DNA from: Nymphaea colorata
Lineage: Eukaryota
Direction of reading: 5' to 3'
Assembly (NCBI RefSeq): GCF_008831285.2
Contig: NC_045138.2
Span: 12,772,001 to 12,836,000, forward strand
DNA length: 64,000 nucleotides
Positions 48,301 through 61,487 of the stretch are shown here, in pieces. The translations under genes were made by a program, and so were the position numbers. The notes beneath the pieces were generated by a model. The model worked only from the letters and a program-made list of their open reading frames with translations, did not search any database and had not been told where the DNA came from. Numbering within the stretch: position 1 is the first letter of the stretch; every line of letters begins with the position of its first letter.

Positions 48301-49159
48301 TCGAGGCATGACCATGATTTTTTATTTTTTGTTAAAAACATTGTTCCTGTTACGCCAAATGCCTGGGGTAACAGGAGACTTTATGTATATATAGATAGAT
48401 AAGTGAGTGAGTGAGAGAGAGAGAGAGAGAGGAAGGAGAAGGAGAAGAAAAAAAAGAAAAAAAAAGGGGGGGGGGGAAAACAAAAGTTAGTATTGTTAAA
48501 ACTTAAGAAAAGCAGGTCGAATTGGCCCCTTCCGAAGCAGTGACCAATTCGAGAGCCTTAAATTATCAGCCGATCTTTTGCTGAATTGCCTGAATTTTCC
48601 GATTCAGACGGACTTGCCATCTCTAGCCCTGCAAAAGAAAGAAATGCTGCAACACAAAGGGCTTCTTAGTGACTGGCAAACCTCTGTTGGCACTACCTGT
48701 TGGAGGAACAATAACTGTTGAACTGAGGATGCTAGTTAGAGGTGGTTGGACTCAAACAGGGTAATGATAGATGCAGAATGGGAGCATGAAGTGAATGAAT
48801 TTCTGGTGAAGCGACGGGAAATTGAAGTGCCCTAGGGCAAGCAGCAGTCCAAGTTTCCCAAATCGCGTGGTGTGATTGTCTCCTAATTCATAACAGAAAC
48901 TTGCCAGATCTGTATTATTTTTCTTCTGGTTAGTTATTTCCTATGTCATATGGGTGCTTCTAAATGGCTCTGACACCCGTGTTGATGCTGGTGCTGGTGC
49001 TTCTTTGACACAACACATTCGGTTCGGTCAACCGAACGGGACCAAAACAGACCATTTTAAATGTGCACATAACTAAACTATCTCTAATACAAAACATTTA
49101 TATCTAAATATAGATAAATCAGGCTACTAAGCAGTTAAATAACTATATAACAAATGATT

Positions 49160-49214
<55 letters not shown>

Positions 49215-52200
49215 ATATATACATCCTCGCTGCACCCACACCTTTTTTTTTTTTTGAAAATGGCCATATCCGCACCCGCACCTCACGCCCATGTGACATA
49301 GGTTATTTCCTCATTCTTCTTCCTCATCACATGAATGCATCAAATCTGCTACATTTCGTTTTTTCTTTTTTTCTGTTTAGTTATTTCCTCCACCTTCTTC
49401 TTCATCATCGCATTAACTCACCAAATCTGTCTCATTTCTTTGTTTTCCTTGTTCTTTATTTCCTTTTTCTTCTCCTCCTCCTACACAAAGACTTGCTATG
49501 TCCTCCATCATTCTTATAATTAGATCAGTCATCTCTTCCTTGGTTCTTCTCCTCCTTTGTTATTTTTTTTTTCTTTTTTTCTTTTTTTTTTTTTCTGTTC
49601 CCTGTTTGATATTCATATTCTCGTTCTTGTTCTTACGACCACCATCACCACCACAACCATTACTATTATTGGTAGCGGTGGTAATTTGGAGCTATTATCT
49701 CAACCTAATATATTTATGCTTTCTTGAATATTTTTTTGTTTATTTATTTGAATATTATTATTAAGGTACTATTATTATTGAATTATTATTTTGACTGTCT
49801 AAGCTATTATACCATATGAGGTGTTTACGCTTAAGTATTTTTACAATTTTTTTTAAAACTAAAATTTAAAATTTATTTTTTAATCAATCTGATTTTCAAG
49901 ATTCTAATTCTGATATGATTTAGCCAATTGCTGAATCATCAAGCTTGTGATTCCATTCTGAAACTGATTTTGATGATGTTGGTAAAAGTAGGAGAAAAAG
50001 GGAGAAAAAAAAATTACTTCATTCATTTGGTTTGGGTGTATGGGTAGTTCGGGCCAGTTGAAGTGGTGGTCACGTAGGGCCTGCACATTTTTTCAGGTTG
50101 ACTACATAGGAGCTGATCCATTCTGAGTGAATTACCTGCTTAGGTTATGAATATATCTTCCCTTCATAAAGATTTCATAAATCAAGCCTCAATGTGCCGC
50201 GTGCATTAACTGGGAATCAGAGAAGATAAATGCACTGGTTTCTTTTAAGACTGGTCACCAACTCACCGGGTGGGGCCTGGGCTGTAAAAATGGGCTCGGG
50301 CCCAGGCCCGGTTTGACATCGGGCCAGGCTTGGCTGGGCCTGATAAAAGTATTTTTATTAATTTTTATTATCTTTTTATATATTTTTCTTTGTATATAAT
50401 TATATATAATATAAACATTCTAATTTTTTTTAATTAAAATTGAACTGGGCTGGGCCTGGGCCCAGTTTTTCTGGCCCAAGCCTGACTTCGAATCAGTCCC
50501 GCCCAGCCTGGCCTAATGCCCATCCTTAGTTTCATTCCACCTCAATATACTTTTTCCATGTGCAGAAAATATTTTAAAATTATTCTCAGTTCAGTCAAGA
50601 GGTCAACATATCAAAAGGAGTTTATGTTGACATGCACTTGTTAGACACTAGTTCCTTGATTTAGGTGCTGTCGATTGAACATCTGCTGATCAAAATAGGG
50701 CCAGAAAGTGAAAGAAGCACTAATCTACAAACGTTGAATGAATATATGCTTAAAGGTGGATAGTAAAGTTCGTTATTCTCTCATGCTGTAGAAATGCCAA
50801 TCATGTTTCACAGTTCACTGTATTGTTATTCACTAATTATCTGCAAAGGTTGAACAAGTATATGGTATTGAGGGTAATGAAGATGGTTTACCTCTCTGGT
50901 GTACAACGAGTATCTTTCAGTCGCCTTCATTCCATGTTTATCAATGTTATTAAAATTACTTCCTGCATTGAATCAGAAAGCCAAAAGATTATGTGAAGTG
51001 GCCGAATTGAATGAGTTCAGAATCTTTTATGAATTGGATTGATTGAAAACGTATATTTAATTAAAAAAACCAAGAAAAAGTTAAAAAGATAATAATAATA
51101 AAAAGTTTAAATTCGTTTGAAAATTCATAAAAGAAAAACAAAAATGACCTGGTATTGGTAATTATGATCCACAATTAACTATGGAAAAAAAGGTAGTTGG
51201 TAGCATATATGATCGCAGCCACCTAAGACAGAACAATCACAAACAAATATAATTGAAAACCCATATTAATAGTGTGACTCTTCTTGAAATCCTAGGTCTA
51301 CATTCCAAAGTTTGGATGTTTCGTAATTATATGTAATTATGACATGAACATTGAAAATTGAGGATAATAACCATAATATGAAACACAATAAACTATGTCT
51401 TGGATATCACGATATTCTAAAAATATTGTGATATTAACATAAAAATGAGAAACACTTTGTCACACGGATGCATGAGTTTAGCCCACGTACCCACTCCGAT
51501 ATGCCGACACGCGGATCTGGATACTGGACACGGGTGGGACATGCCAAAAAATAAACTATTAATTTATTTTTTTTTTCATTTTATCATTTTTTTGTGATGC
51601 ATCCAATTATTTCCATGAACAATCCTTTCAAATACTCAGTACTTTTGTGATAAAACAAACTTTCTTATGAGATTGTAAGGGTCAACTATTAATTTAATGT
51701 TTTTTTTGTCATTTTATCATTTTTGAGAATGTAAAATTTGTCGTATCCGCGTACCCAAACTTTTCAAAATTGCCATGTTCGTACCCATATCGTTGTACCT
51801 GTACCCGTATCGTACCTGCATCCATGTGACATAGGAGAAATACAAAAAAGGGGAGAAAATCGTGACATTTTGAAAAAATAAATTTATCTCGTTTTTATGA
51901 CGACTTTTTTACTCTTTATTGCGATTTTTACACATTTTTTTCGTTTTTTTTTAAACATTAATATCATTGTTGATTCAATTTTAAACATTATTTTTCATTT
52001 TTTTATCATCATTTAAACATTCTTTGTATTACTTTTCATCCAGTTTTGTTTATGTCTTCTTATTAGGTTCTCATTCATTTTATTTTTATCTAATGTTTAG
52101 AAATTTTTTAATTTTTTAAAGATTGCCGTGATTTTCCCAAGAATTTTCCGTGAAAAACAACTTTGTTGAAAAGTACCCGAGAAAACCTTGCTGTTAAAAC

Positions 52201-55200
52201 CCGAAAACGATATTGTTGCAACAAAATACCATAAAGAAATTTTAAATATGCATTACCTATGTTCCTTTTCCTTTTTGAAAGTAGACACAAGAACCAAATC
52301 TAGTTTATTTATCTTGATATTGTGTATATGAGAATATATGCTCTATAATTGGCCAATTCTTCCTGGCCTTTGAATCAGTTCCTGTGTCAAATTGAAAAGG
52401 GGATGGTCAAATGGGCTGATTCTGATGGACTTTTAGAACTGGTTTTAGTACTCTTATTTGTTTCACATAAAGAGGCACAATATGCAGATTCATAAAGCGA
52501 AATACTTGTGGGTTGTTCTTGTCTTATTCAATGAACTATGAACATTTTTCGTTAGTCGATAGCTTACAGATGTCATAAAACCATTTTTTGTTTATTTGTC
52601 ACATTTATTCATTGTCTCCTGTAACATGTCCTTCATCTGTCCTTAGTTGCAGCTTCTTTATGTATATTTTTTATAACACCAAGTTCGGGCCAATTAGAAG
52701 GCAAGGTTTTCCCCACTTGTAAAATAAGGAAAGAGTTAACACCAAGTTTGTGCCTTCCATATTGGATATGAAACACCATGCAACACTTGATCTGATGAAG
52801 GCCCTGAGTATATGTTCTATCTAGAAGATGTTTTATCCCTATTGATGCTGCTTGTTGGTGGACGGTAAGTTGGCTTAAAGGGGGTTGAATGAAGCCCTTC
52901 AAATCATCATTCTTGCTTTCTAATTCAAATCTCCTGTTGTGGAAAGTAGAATCCCTTAATTTTCATAGCTCAAGCAATGCCAGATTGTCATTCTTTCGTA
53001 CAGTCAATGACAGCTGTGAAGTTCATTGCATTGATCATATATTCGAATAATGAAAAGGCATATCTCATCATTTTGTAAGTGATTCATGAATATATGCATT
53101 TATTGATGTCTGCAGTAAATGATCTTACTGTTTATGATCATAAATTCATAATGTTAGAGATGGAATGCGTGATTAATAATGATCATGGAACCAAAGCTCC
53201 GAGACTCAAATTTCTTTTTCGGAGGTGATTTTGTCCCAGGCCAAATTCTTTTTGGAGTTTATTTTGATTCAAATCTTCTCAGGAGGTAGATAAATGGATG
53301 AGCAGCAGGTTCCGTCTCTTTGGCAGAGATGAGAGAACTAACAGCAGAAACTCTGCTATCATTGTTGTTGCCTTGATTGTGTTCCTTGTGTGACATAGTT
53401 CCTTCATCACTTTTAGAACTAGCTACAAAGTTCATTTTGCCATTGTTGTCATTGCAGTTGTTATTGAAGAACCTAATAACAGCACAGAGGATTTTGGTAT
53501 TAATTCTGATTGGACATCCATTGAGTGGAAGGACAGTGAGAGTTTCCTTGAAAAAGTTCTTTGGAAAATTGAAGGCTTGCAATCTCACGTCCTGAAGCTG
53601 AAAAACCAGCTGAATAAGTTGATCTTGAAAAGTGCAGCAAAGGCATTGGTGGAGAATTCAAGCCATTGTGTAGCGGTAGAACCTGTAACAAGTTCCATGA
53701 ACCTACCCCTCTCACCTGCTCATGACGAAGCAAAGTTGGTGGAAGGACTTTATGCACCTTGTCAGCAGCTGTCTGAATATGAAGCGGGGAACTTGTTCAT
53801 TCCAGGTAGTGCTGTCTCAAGTTTTGCAGACCATGCAATGCTTGATATTGATGACACAGGGAAGTGCCTGTTTTCTCTGGCGGACATGCCACTTGATCAG
53901 GCTCCGATGGGTGATTCTTGTGAAGATGTAAGATTTTTTACACTGAACCTCTGCTTTTTCATACTAAAAATTTTTATTGAGCTTCCATGTGACACAGACA
54001 CTTTGATAACAAGAATTATCAGAGTCTGACATCTCTGCACAATGGCACTGACACTCACTGGGCACTTCTTATTGGCTGTGCATCTTTTTCTGTTATTTGA
54101 CAGAAAGGAGGTTCACCCTATTCTGTCAAATTAGAGAAGGGGATAGTTAGGGTTGATGAAGCTCCCTGGCCTCTGTTCCTCCTCCTCCAGCTAGACTTAT
54201 AAACTGTAGGACATTAGCAAATCTGATCCTTTTCTTTCAACATATAACAACTGAGTCTAAGACACGAAAACAAAGGCAGATTTTGAGGATTATTCTTGTA
54301 ATCAACAAGGTTGACTCTAGGCTTGCTTCATCTTAGGTCTTATTTCCTGCAAGGAGTTAGTTTTGTTGCTGTGATGGGGTCCACAGGAAGCCTGCAGGTT
54401 TCCATCACATGGGTTTTGATAGTAATTATGTGTGTAAGCTTGCTTAAATAAAAGCACATGCAACTGCAAAAGCTAGCTGACAAAAGGTGTCTAGTTACTC
54501 ATCTGTTCTGGCATGAACCTTATGTTAGCACCTCCTCGGCCCAATTTGTTTGGTGCATGGGGAAGGGAATGCCTTTCTGCTTCCCAGAGATTTGACATCT
54601 TTCTCTGCTGGAGGTGGTAAGAGAATATTCAATCACCCTCTTCGGAATCAGGTCCACATTTTCCTTGAGAAAAGAGCACATGCGAGAATATCTTTGAGCC
54701 TTGCACTTGCTAGTCAGTTTCTTTCTCATGAATTATGTTCTTTGTTCGTATCAGGAGGAAAGAGAGGAACTTTCTGCCAGCTCCTTTTTTCTTCCCTCTA
54801 ACTAATGGGAAATAAACGGGGCCTTGAAGGAAACTGAAACTATTCCAGCTTGTGATAGCAGCAATATATTATGGAGATATGTTTGCAATAGTTATATGTT
54901 CTTGTTATTACTTTTTTGGGTGATTTTCTTTATTTCTGTTTTTTTTTTTTTTTTGGTGAGTGTTCAACGGTAGTTTAGTTTTCTCTAGTTTTGTAGTTTT
55001 CCTGGAAGCGTTGTCTTTTCGTACTTGATTCTTAGTCCACTTGGCAAATGCACATATCTGCAATATCCTGTGTTTTGTTATAATAGGACAATATCATCTG
55101 TATTATCTCAAGTCTGTGTTGATTTTCTATTAATTTCCTATATGTAGATATTTGAGGAAGTCCTCATTGACAACCAAGCCGCAGAGGAAGGTCTTCAAAA

Positions 55201-55480
55201 TTACGAGGTCTGTCAGCCTGTTGAAAAGACTTGTCACAGTCAGGCGGAAAATGGGAGGAACGGTCTTGCTCCAGCTGTTTCAGTCCAACCTTATGAGAGA
55301 AAGGTAGAAGAAGAAAGTGATGGTACTTTAGCTCCAACCCCAGAATCATCTGTCTTGAAATTATGCTTGCTATCTGATGTGCATGTGCCAAAGAACAAGA
55401 GGAACCGAGTGGGACGTAGAGTTCCTTCCAGTGTCCGGAATTCTGAGAACTCGGTATCAGGTACTGATCAAGATAACTAG
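45347..55480 (+). CDS. Uncharacterised conserved plant protein (At3g59670/At4g37440-like, from memory), ~521 aa; exons 45347-45741, 47090-47400, 47477-47533, 53458-53927, 55148-55480
   Basis: Motifs TECSSSF..T, AEVES, KKTLTADWKKYRRPLMWRCHWLELRMKELQSQ..KYD, KRRKRKRVED, HPLFSYYE, LEKVLWKIE and VLIDNQAAEE. GT-AG introns; phases close to 1566 nt. Confidence 0.85.
47768..48203. mobile_element. MITE in intron 3
   Basis: Ends CAGTGTCACA / TGTGACAAT; extended similarity to 51393-52225. Confidence 0.7.
48941..49301. mobile_element. hAT-type MITE containing (AC)n
   Basis: TIRs CTATGTCATATGGG / CCCATGTGACATAG; perfect 8-bp TSD GTTATTTC. Confidence 0.88.
50246..50528. mobile_element. hAT-type MITE with GGGCC-rich subtermini
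   Basis: TIRs TAAGACTGGTCA / TGCCCATCCTTA; TSD GTTTCTTT / GTTTCATT. Confidence 0.7.
51455..51834. mobile_element. hAT-type MITE nested inside another MITE (51393-52225)
   Basis: TIRs CTTTGTCACACGGATGC / GCATCCATGTGACATAG; TSD GAGAAACA / GAGAAATA. Removing it restores colinearity with 47768-48203. Confidence 0.8.
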
Positions 55481-56473
55481 CAAGTTAGGTCTTCCCTTAA
55501 AATGGGTTGCCAGTGAAAATCTAGTTTGTCTACGAGCATGAATTTCTCTGGAAATCTTTGAGAGAAAGCCTTTGATCCCGTCGGAGACAGTTTACATTCG
55601 GGGCTGCTTTTATGCTCTTGTGCTAAATGGAAAAAATAATGTCAAGGGTCCTCTGACAAAATAAATGAGAAATGAAAAAGGACGAACTTTGTACTTCGTC
55701 TTCTATACAAATTAGCTATAAGCAGAAATGTTTGCAGTTCCGGAGAAAGAGTTGCATCTTGGGAACTGCCATATGTTGTTAGGCAAGAGCCTCTGTTTCT
55801 CGACTGCCTTTCCCCTCAGATGCCCGGAGCTGGTTTTTTCTGCATCTGAGCAAGATGATTCTGTAGAACAAATGGGTCTGTTGTTTGTATAAAAAATTAT
55901 TAATGCGTACTCTCTGTTCCCTCTCGTGTGTCGCTCCTCGTCTTGTCTGAAGTGGCCAAAATGACCCCCCACTGACCATGAGACCGATTGGTCTATCGTC
56001 AGCTCTTGGATGAGGTGTCCAACTGTCTGGAAAGCTGCATTTTGCCATCGGGTATATAGTTTCTTCCAGTAAGGTTCTGTCAACCTGCCACGATGGCTTT
56101 TGGATGTATACATTCCCTTTTGATACCTTGGGTTTCTGCTGTTCAGGTGGAATTAAGATCCAAAATTTTAAAAATTAACCTAGTCACTACAAACTCGGGT
56201 ATTAAAATGACAGGATTTTAGACTCAATCTGATACCAAAGTACTGAAATTAATCTCACCCATTGAGGTGCGATTCTAATGTTGGAGAACTTCTTTTGCGT
56301 TGGCTTTCTTTTGCTTCACCGATTTCTCTCGAGCCCCTACAGTGTTCATTTCAGCAGCAGATTGCACTGTACAACCTGGACCATCGTTGCTGGTATCAAT
56401 CTATTCTCCATCACTGACGATGCTAGGCTCGTTTTCTCTCACCTTACCCCTCTCTATATCTTTCATTCCATTT

Positions 56474-56476
<3 letters not shown>

Positions 56477-56540
<64 letters not shown>
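56477..56540. repeat. Compound (CT)n(GT)n microsatellite. Others: poly-A 14865-14900; (TA)n 15657-15701 and 37402-37444; (CT)n 29830-29873; (AC)n 49164-49211
   Basis: Directly visible simple repeats. Confidence 0.95.
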
Positions 56541-57584
56541 CCTTCAGAGGAAGATGCCTGTCCTCAACCTAGGAAGATGGCGGCCATCACAGTCACCACC
56601 ACCATCACCATTGTCACCTCAACTCATTTTGTCATCCACGTACTTCTTTTTCTTGTGTTTCTTCCTCCATGTTTGGGACCTTCTACCCCTTTCAACTGAA
56701 AGGGACAGAGTATCAGGGAAAAGGTTTTGCTCCATCATACTTCTCACTGGCATTTCTAAGCATGCCCATAACAATGAAGCATACGTAAACCTTGATCGTT
56801 GTTATCTAGGCAGAATTCATCTTATTTTCTGGTTAGGTATAAATAAGGTGTTTATGTTTTGATTGTTTTGTTGATTATAAAAGCTCTTAGATAATATAGA
56901 TTCTAATAAACCTCAAATTTGTAGACTGGGGGGTTTTTACTTATCATTGAATAACCAGGGGATTGAACTACATTTAATCAGAAAGGAAATTGAATTCCAC
57001 ATCTTGCTTCGATTCATAGGGCCCTTTTTGTTGTTCAATTATCCTTTCCCCTTATTGTTGGTTGTGATTATTGTTGCTTCTATAGGTATTGAACTAAACG
57101 TGTAAAATCTTGCATAGAAGGAGCTTGTGTAACATTGTTTTCCCATCGTTCTCCACAAATTGTTTGAATAGAAAAAAATAGAGGACAAAGGAAGGAAAAG
57201 ATAAAAGAATGCTTGGATGTCTAATTATAACAAGAACGAAAAGAAAAAAAAAACTAGAGGAAAAGATGTCTGGATAGAAAAGAAAGGAAATGAAAGAAAA
57301 TGATGGTAGATGGGAAGAAAAAAAGTGTATCTCTAATTCCTCCAGAAGAGAAAAAATTGAAAGGGAGAAGAATGAAAGATTACAAACATGCCCTTATTCT
57401 GTTCTCTAATTTCTCACTTTCTCTTTCATTGAATGACAGGGAACCTAACTGCAGCCACTCTTTGTGTTGTTTTCTATTGGCACAAGTAAGCCAGAAAGGG
57501 AGAGATAAGGACCAAATTCTAGGACACTGAGGGTATCATTGTAAACAACCTAAATTATTTATTTATTTATTTATTTATTTTAAA

Positions 57585-57834
57585 GGAGGCGTTTGATAGC
57601 CTCAAATTTAAGATCATTGGGATTTAAAAACCATGGATTTTAAGACCAGAACCTACCCCTCCAATCTTAAATCTGATCTTTTCTCAATGCAAAGAAATAA
57701 AATAAAGACCTTTAAGTGTGAATCTTGTGTTTAGCGTTGGACCGTGAACTATGAATTTTACCATGAATCTTTTGCTACATCAGCAAAAGCATGCCACATC
57801 ATATCTACATCAAATAATGCTATCAAATGCTCCC
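57585..57834. mobile_element. Tourist-like MITE nested in a larger purine/pyrimidine fold-back element (~57160-57950)
   Basis: TIRs GGAGGCGTTTGATAGC / GCTATCAAATGCTCCC, flanked by TAA(A) on both sides. Confidence 0.65.
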
Positions 57835-58752
57835 TAAATTGTTTGACAAGCATGATGGGAACTTTCTTTTATTTTTTTTCCTTTCTATCCAAACAAATTT
57901 TTACATTAGTTTTTTTTTTCCCTTCTGTGCCATAAATCCCTTCCATTTTTTTTTAATATTCTTTCGATTTCTAGTATCATTTCCTTAGTCTCTTTCTACA
58001 CGAGGGTTTCTTATTGAATTCTTCATTCTCGGAAACATTCACATTCTATCTATCCTTACTATAACAACTTATATGTAAACATTTTGGTATTCGGAATTAG
58101 TTCCTTTTCCATCTGTTGTCAACAGAATGACAAAGCATTTGTCATGTTTCTTTGCTAATGATATGTATAATAAATTCATTACATGCAATTATAATGGGCA
58201 AACATCATTTTGTTGCATCTTGTGGAGAAAAGGATGCCATCTTAAAGTCTTGATAAATTGCGTAGACCTTTAATCGAGACCAATAATCATAATTATAAGT
58301 CATAGCATAAGGATCGGGCAGTCTTGTTTCCCAACTTTGATTGAAATTTTTTATTTTGCACATCTTAGTTTAGCTGCCAGTCTCTTTCACTCGCTTAATA
58401 CTTTTGCTGAGGTGATTTGAGAGTGTTTTTTTTAAAGGTTGTTATGATTTTGGAGCAAAATGATTTGCCCAATCGGTTGCAAAAAAGGGATGAATATCAT
58501 GTGGCACCGAAGATGAACTTTGTTAATGTGTGCACATGGAGATCAAGAAATAGCTTTCTAGACATAAATTGGTGAATTGGTGACTAAGGAAAACAACAAG
58601 GAACAAAGATACGAAATATGCAAGCTCAAAAACATTAGTGCCTTTTTCATAGTTGTCATCCAATGGGTATTCAAAGTTTTAGTCCACATTACTGGTGATC
58701 ATCATGTCCTGTCCGAGTCTCTGAGAGAGGGCTCCTATTACACACTACTCGG

Positions 58753-59150
58753 TAATGGATGTCAATATATTGGATTTGAGTTGGATATATGGAGTTGGAT
58801 ATGCCTTTAACTATATCCGTTTTTTTTTTTTGATATTCACATATTCATATTTGAATACGAACACAAAAAAGTTATATCCCAACATTTTACAATTTGAATC
58901 TGATTTGTACTTTCATATCAAAATCCAAATTTTGAACCGAATCATATGATATATGGTATTTATGTAAAACTAAATCGAATCTGAATCTGATTTTGAAATT
59001 TGATTGAATATTTATGTATATCTGAATCTGATTGGATATCATTTCTTAAATCCAAACCCGATTCAATTTTTAATCCAATATTAATTTTTTTTATATCTGA
59101 TTTTTTTAAAATTGTTCGGTCAGTTATCTAATTCAAATCAGATATACTCC
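58753..59150 (-). mobile_element. hAT-type MITE, inverted relative of 60565-60991
   Basis: GGATGTCAATATA terminus; AATCCGA/TCGGAT-type subterminal repeats; reverse-complement similarity to 60570-60980. Confidence 0.6.
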
Positions 59151-60564
59151 TACTCAAGCCTTGTAAGGCATGAGAGAAAAAATGCAACTAGAGAAAGAGC
59201 AACTGCTTCAACTGAACTTCCACTTTCTCTTGAAAGAAATTAAACTGCCGTAGTCATTAAAATTACTATTTTACCCCACATCACAATAAATACAGCACCT
59301 GGGCCATGGCTCGGGTGAGCACAGGAAAAAAAATAAATTAAAAAAATCAAATTTTTTTAGTTTGGCCCGACCCGTCGCTCCTCTTGGCCCGACCTTCGGA
59401 CTGTTTAGCCCGCCCCTGATCCACGAAGATATCACTGACGCAACTCTTGGTGTGGCGTGCAATGTTTAATGCCGCTGATTAGCCATTAGCAAAATAGACA
59501 GTTGAGGTAGACCGTCAAGCCAGTGAAGTTTGTGAATGCCGGTGCACGATGGGCACCTCGTTGATTATATATGTCTAATGCAAATATGCAGATTAGATGA
59601 GGATGCTTGTGGGCAAAGTATATGGGCGCTTCAGTATCATTGTACACATACCTAAAGTAAATACTTGTACACAAGTAGGTACTTTTTTTTTTTTTTAGCT
59701 TGAAGCTGATCTAAACTACATAATTTTACTTCATTTAATTTGTTTTAACTCAGTTTTCATTATGTTCTTTAGAGTCATTGTTCATTGTCATATAATGTTT
59801 TTATTTATATAATGTGTCTATTTGAATGTTGCTTTATGTATATCCCGTCGAATGCTGAGACCCACATTTTCTAAATTTACCGTGTCTGTACTTGTATCTT
59901 CGTGTCTATGTGACTTAGGTTGTGGACATGCATTTTTCATTAATGCTCTCACCGTGTCAAAAAAAAAAAAAAAACATGAGTGACTTTTCTATTTTGCTAG
60001 GAAAGATGTTATCTAATCAGTGGCTCTACTTCTCGCGCTGATGCAGTTTTTCGTCGGAGTAATTAAATTGGTTTAATTCTTGTTGAAAACATCGACGGAG
60101 ATGCACCAATTATAATTAATTAAAGAAAGTGGATTGGGTCCATCCTCGGTAATGAATAGGAATAAGGCCTAGATTAAATCAAATAAAAGAACTTCAACTT
60201 TATGGAATAACCTAAAAAATAAGCAGAATATTACGTCAATAGTTCACTCCAAACAAGGGAAAACATCAAAATATTCAACTATTATAAACTAGACTCTGCA
60301 GTGCCTCAAAAGATCTTCGGGCGCCAATTAAAAGTGGGTCCGCCTAGCGGCTTTAAGACAAGCTAAAATAAAAAATGGCCAAGTTAGAAACACTTGACAA
60401 ACAAAAACAAACATACGATAAATTATTGTAAAATTATGCAACTCTATGGAACAACTACTAAAAATAACCTACCATGCTTCTTTAATGTCTAAATGCACTT
60501 TATACATATGAAAGCTTAATTCTAACATAAAAGCTTGATCAAAACATACGACATGACACCTATA

Positions 60565-60991
60565 TAAGGATGTCAATATATCTGATTTGGATCAAATAGC
60601 TGACCGAATCGTTCTGAAAAAATTGAATATGAAAAAAAACTATTCGATTAAGAAATCAGATCGGATTTGGATTTAAGAAATGACATCCAGTTGAATTTGG
60701 ATATATATAAATATCTGATAAGGTTCAGATTCAGATAGATAAATATATGATCGGATTTAGTTTTAAATAAATATCTTATATCCCATCTCTTACATTTTGA
60801 AAATAAGCCAGATTCAGTTCAAAATTCATATTCATATATGAATGTAAAATCAGATTCAAATTGTGAAACCAGATTTTAGATTTAGATATTACTTTTGTTT
60901 GTTCATATTCGACTCTAAATATATGAACATCCAAAAAAACAGACACAGTTGAGAATATGTCTGAATGGAGTTTCATCCATTTACATCCTTA
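60565..60991 (+). mobile_element. hAT-type MITE
   Basis: TIRs TAAGGATGTCAAT / ATTTACATCCTTA; TSD CACCTATA / CACCTAAA. Confidence 0.8.
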
Positions 60992-61309
60992 CACCTAAAA
61001 CACATGACCAGTATGTAGACAACTCCAATTAATTATGCAAAGAAAACAAAAAAAAATCCTATAAATATAGACTATAAAGTGCAATAACTTTACAATATCC
61101 CAATTTTATATTTGAAATATAAAATAATTAACCCCAATATGACTAAGACTGAACATAAAATATCAAGTAAGAAAATCCCAATCTAATTTGATGCCAAACT
61201 CATAAAAAACCCTAAATCAGTCTAAAACTTAATGATGCCTAAGGATCATCCAATTAACACCTTATTGGTTCAAGAACTAACATTGACATCTCTGGTCATG
61301 TCTAGGATG

Positions 61310-61487
61310 CAGTATTGGAGCCAGAAAATTTAAGCTCAAGGGCACTAATTCAAGAATACTCGCGTCTTTAGGGGGCACTACTATATAAATTAGCAAAAAA
61401 ATGGATGCATCAATATGAAAATATAAAACTTTTATGAGACTGCTATGGGCAACTGCCTGCAGCTGCCTACGTGTGGCTCCGACACTG
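61310..61487. mobile_element. Short TIR element
   Basis: CAGTATTGGAGCCA / TGGCTCCGACACTG inverted ends; no clean TSD. Confidence 0.45.

Noticed and set aside
56278..56862. 194-aa ORF
   Set aside because: Kept open by a (CT)n(GT)n microsatellite; low complexity. The same applies to 12714-13226 and 49154-49519.
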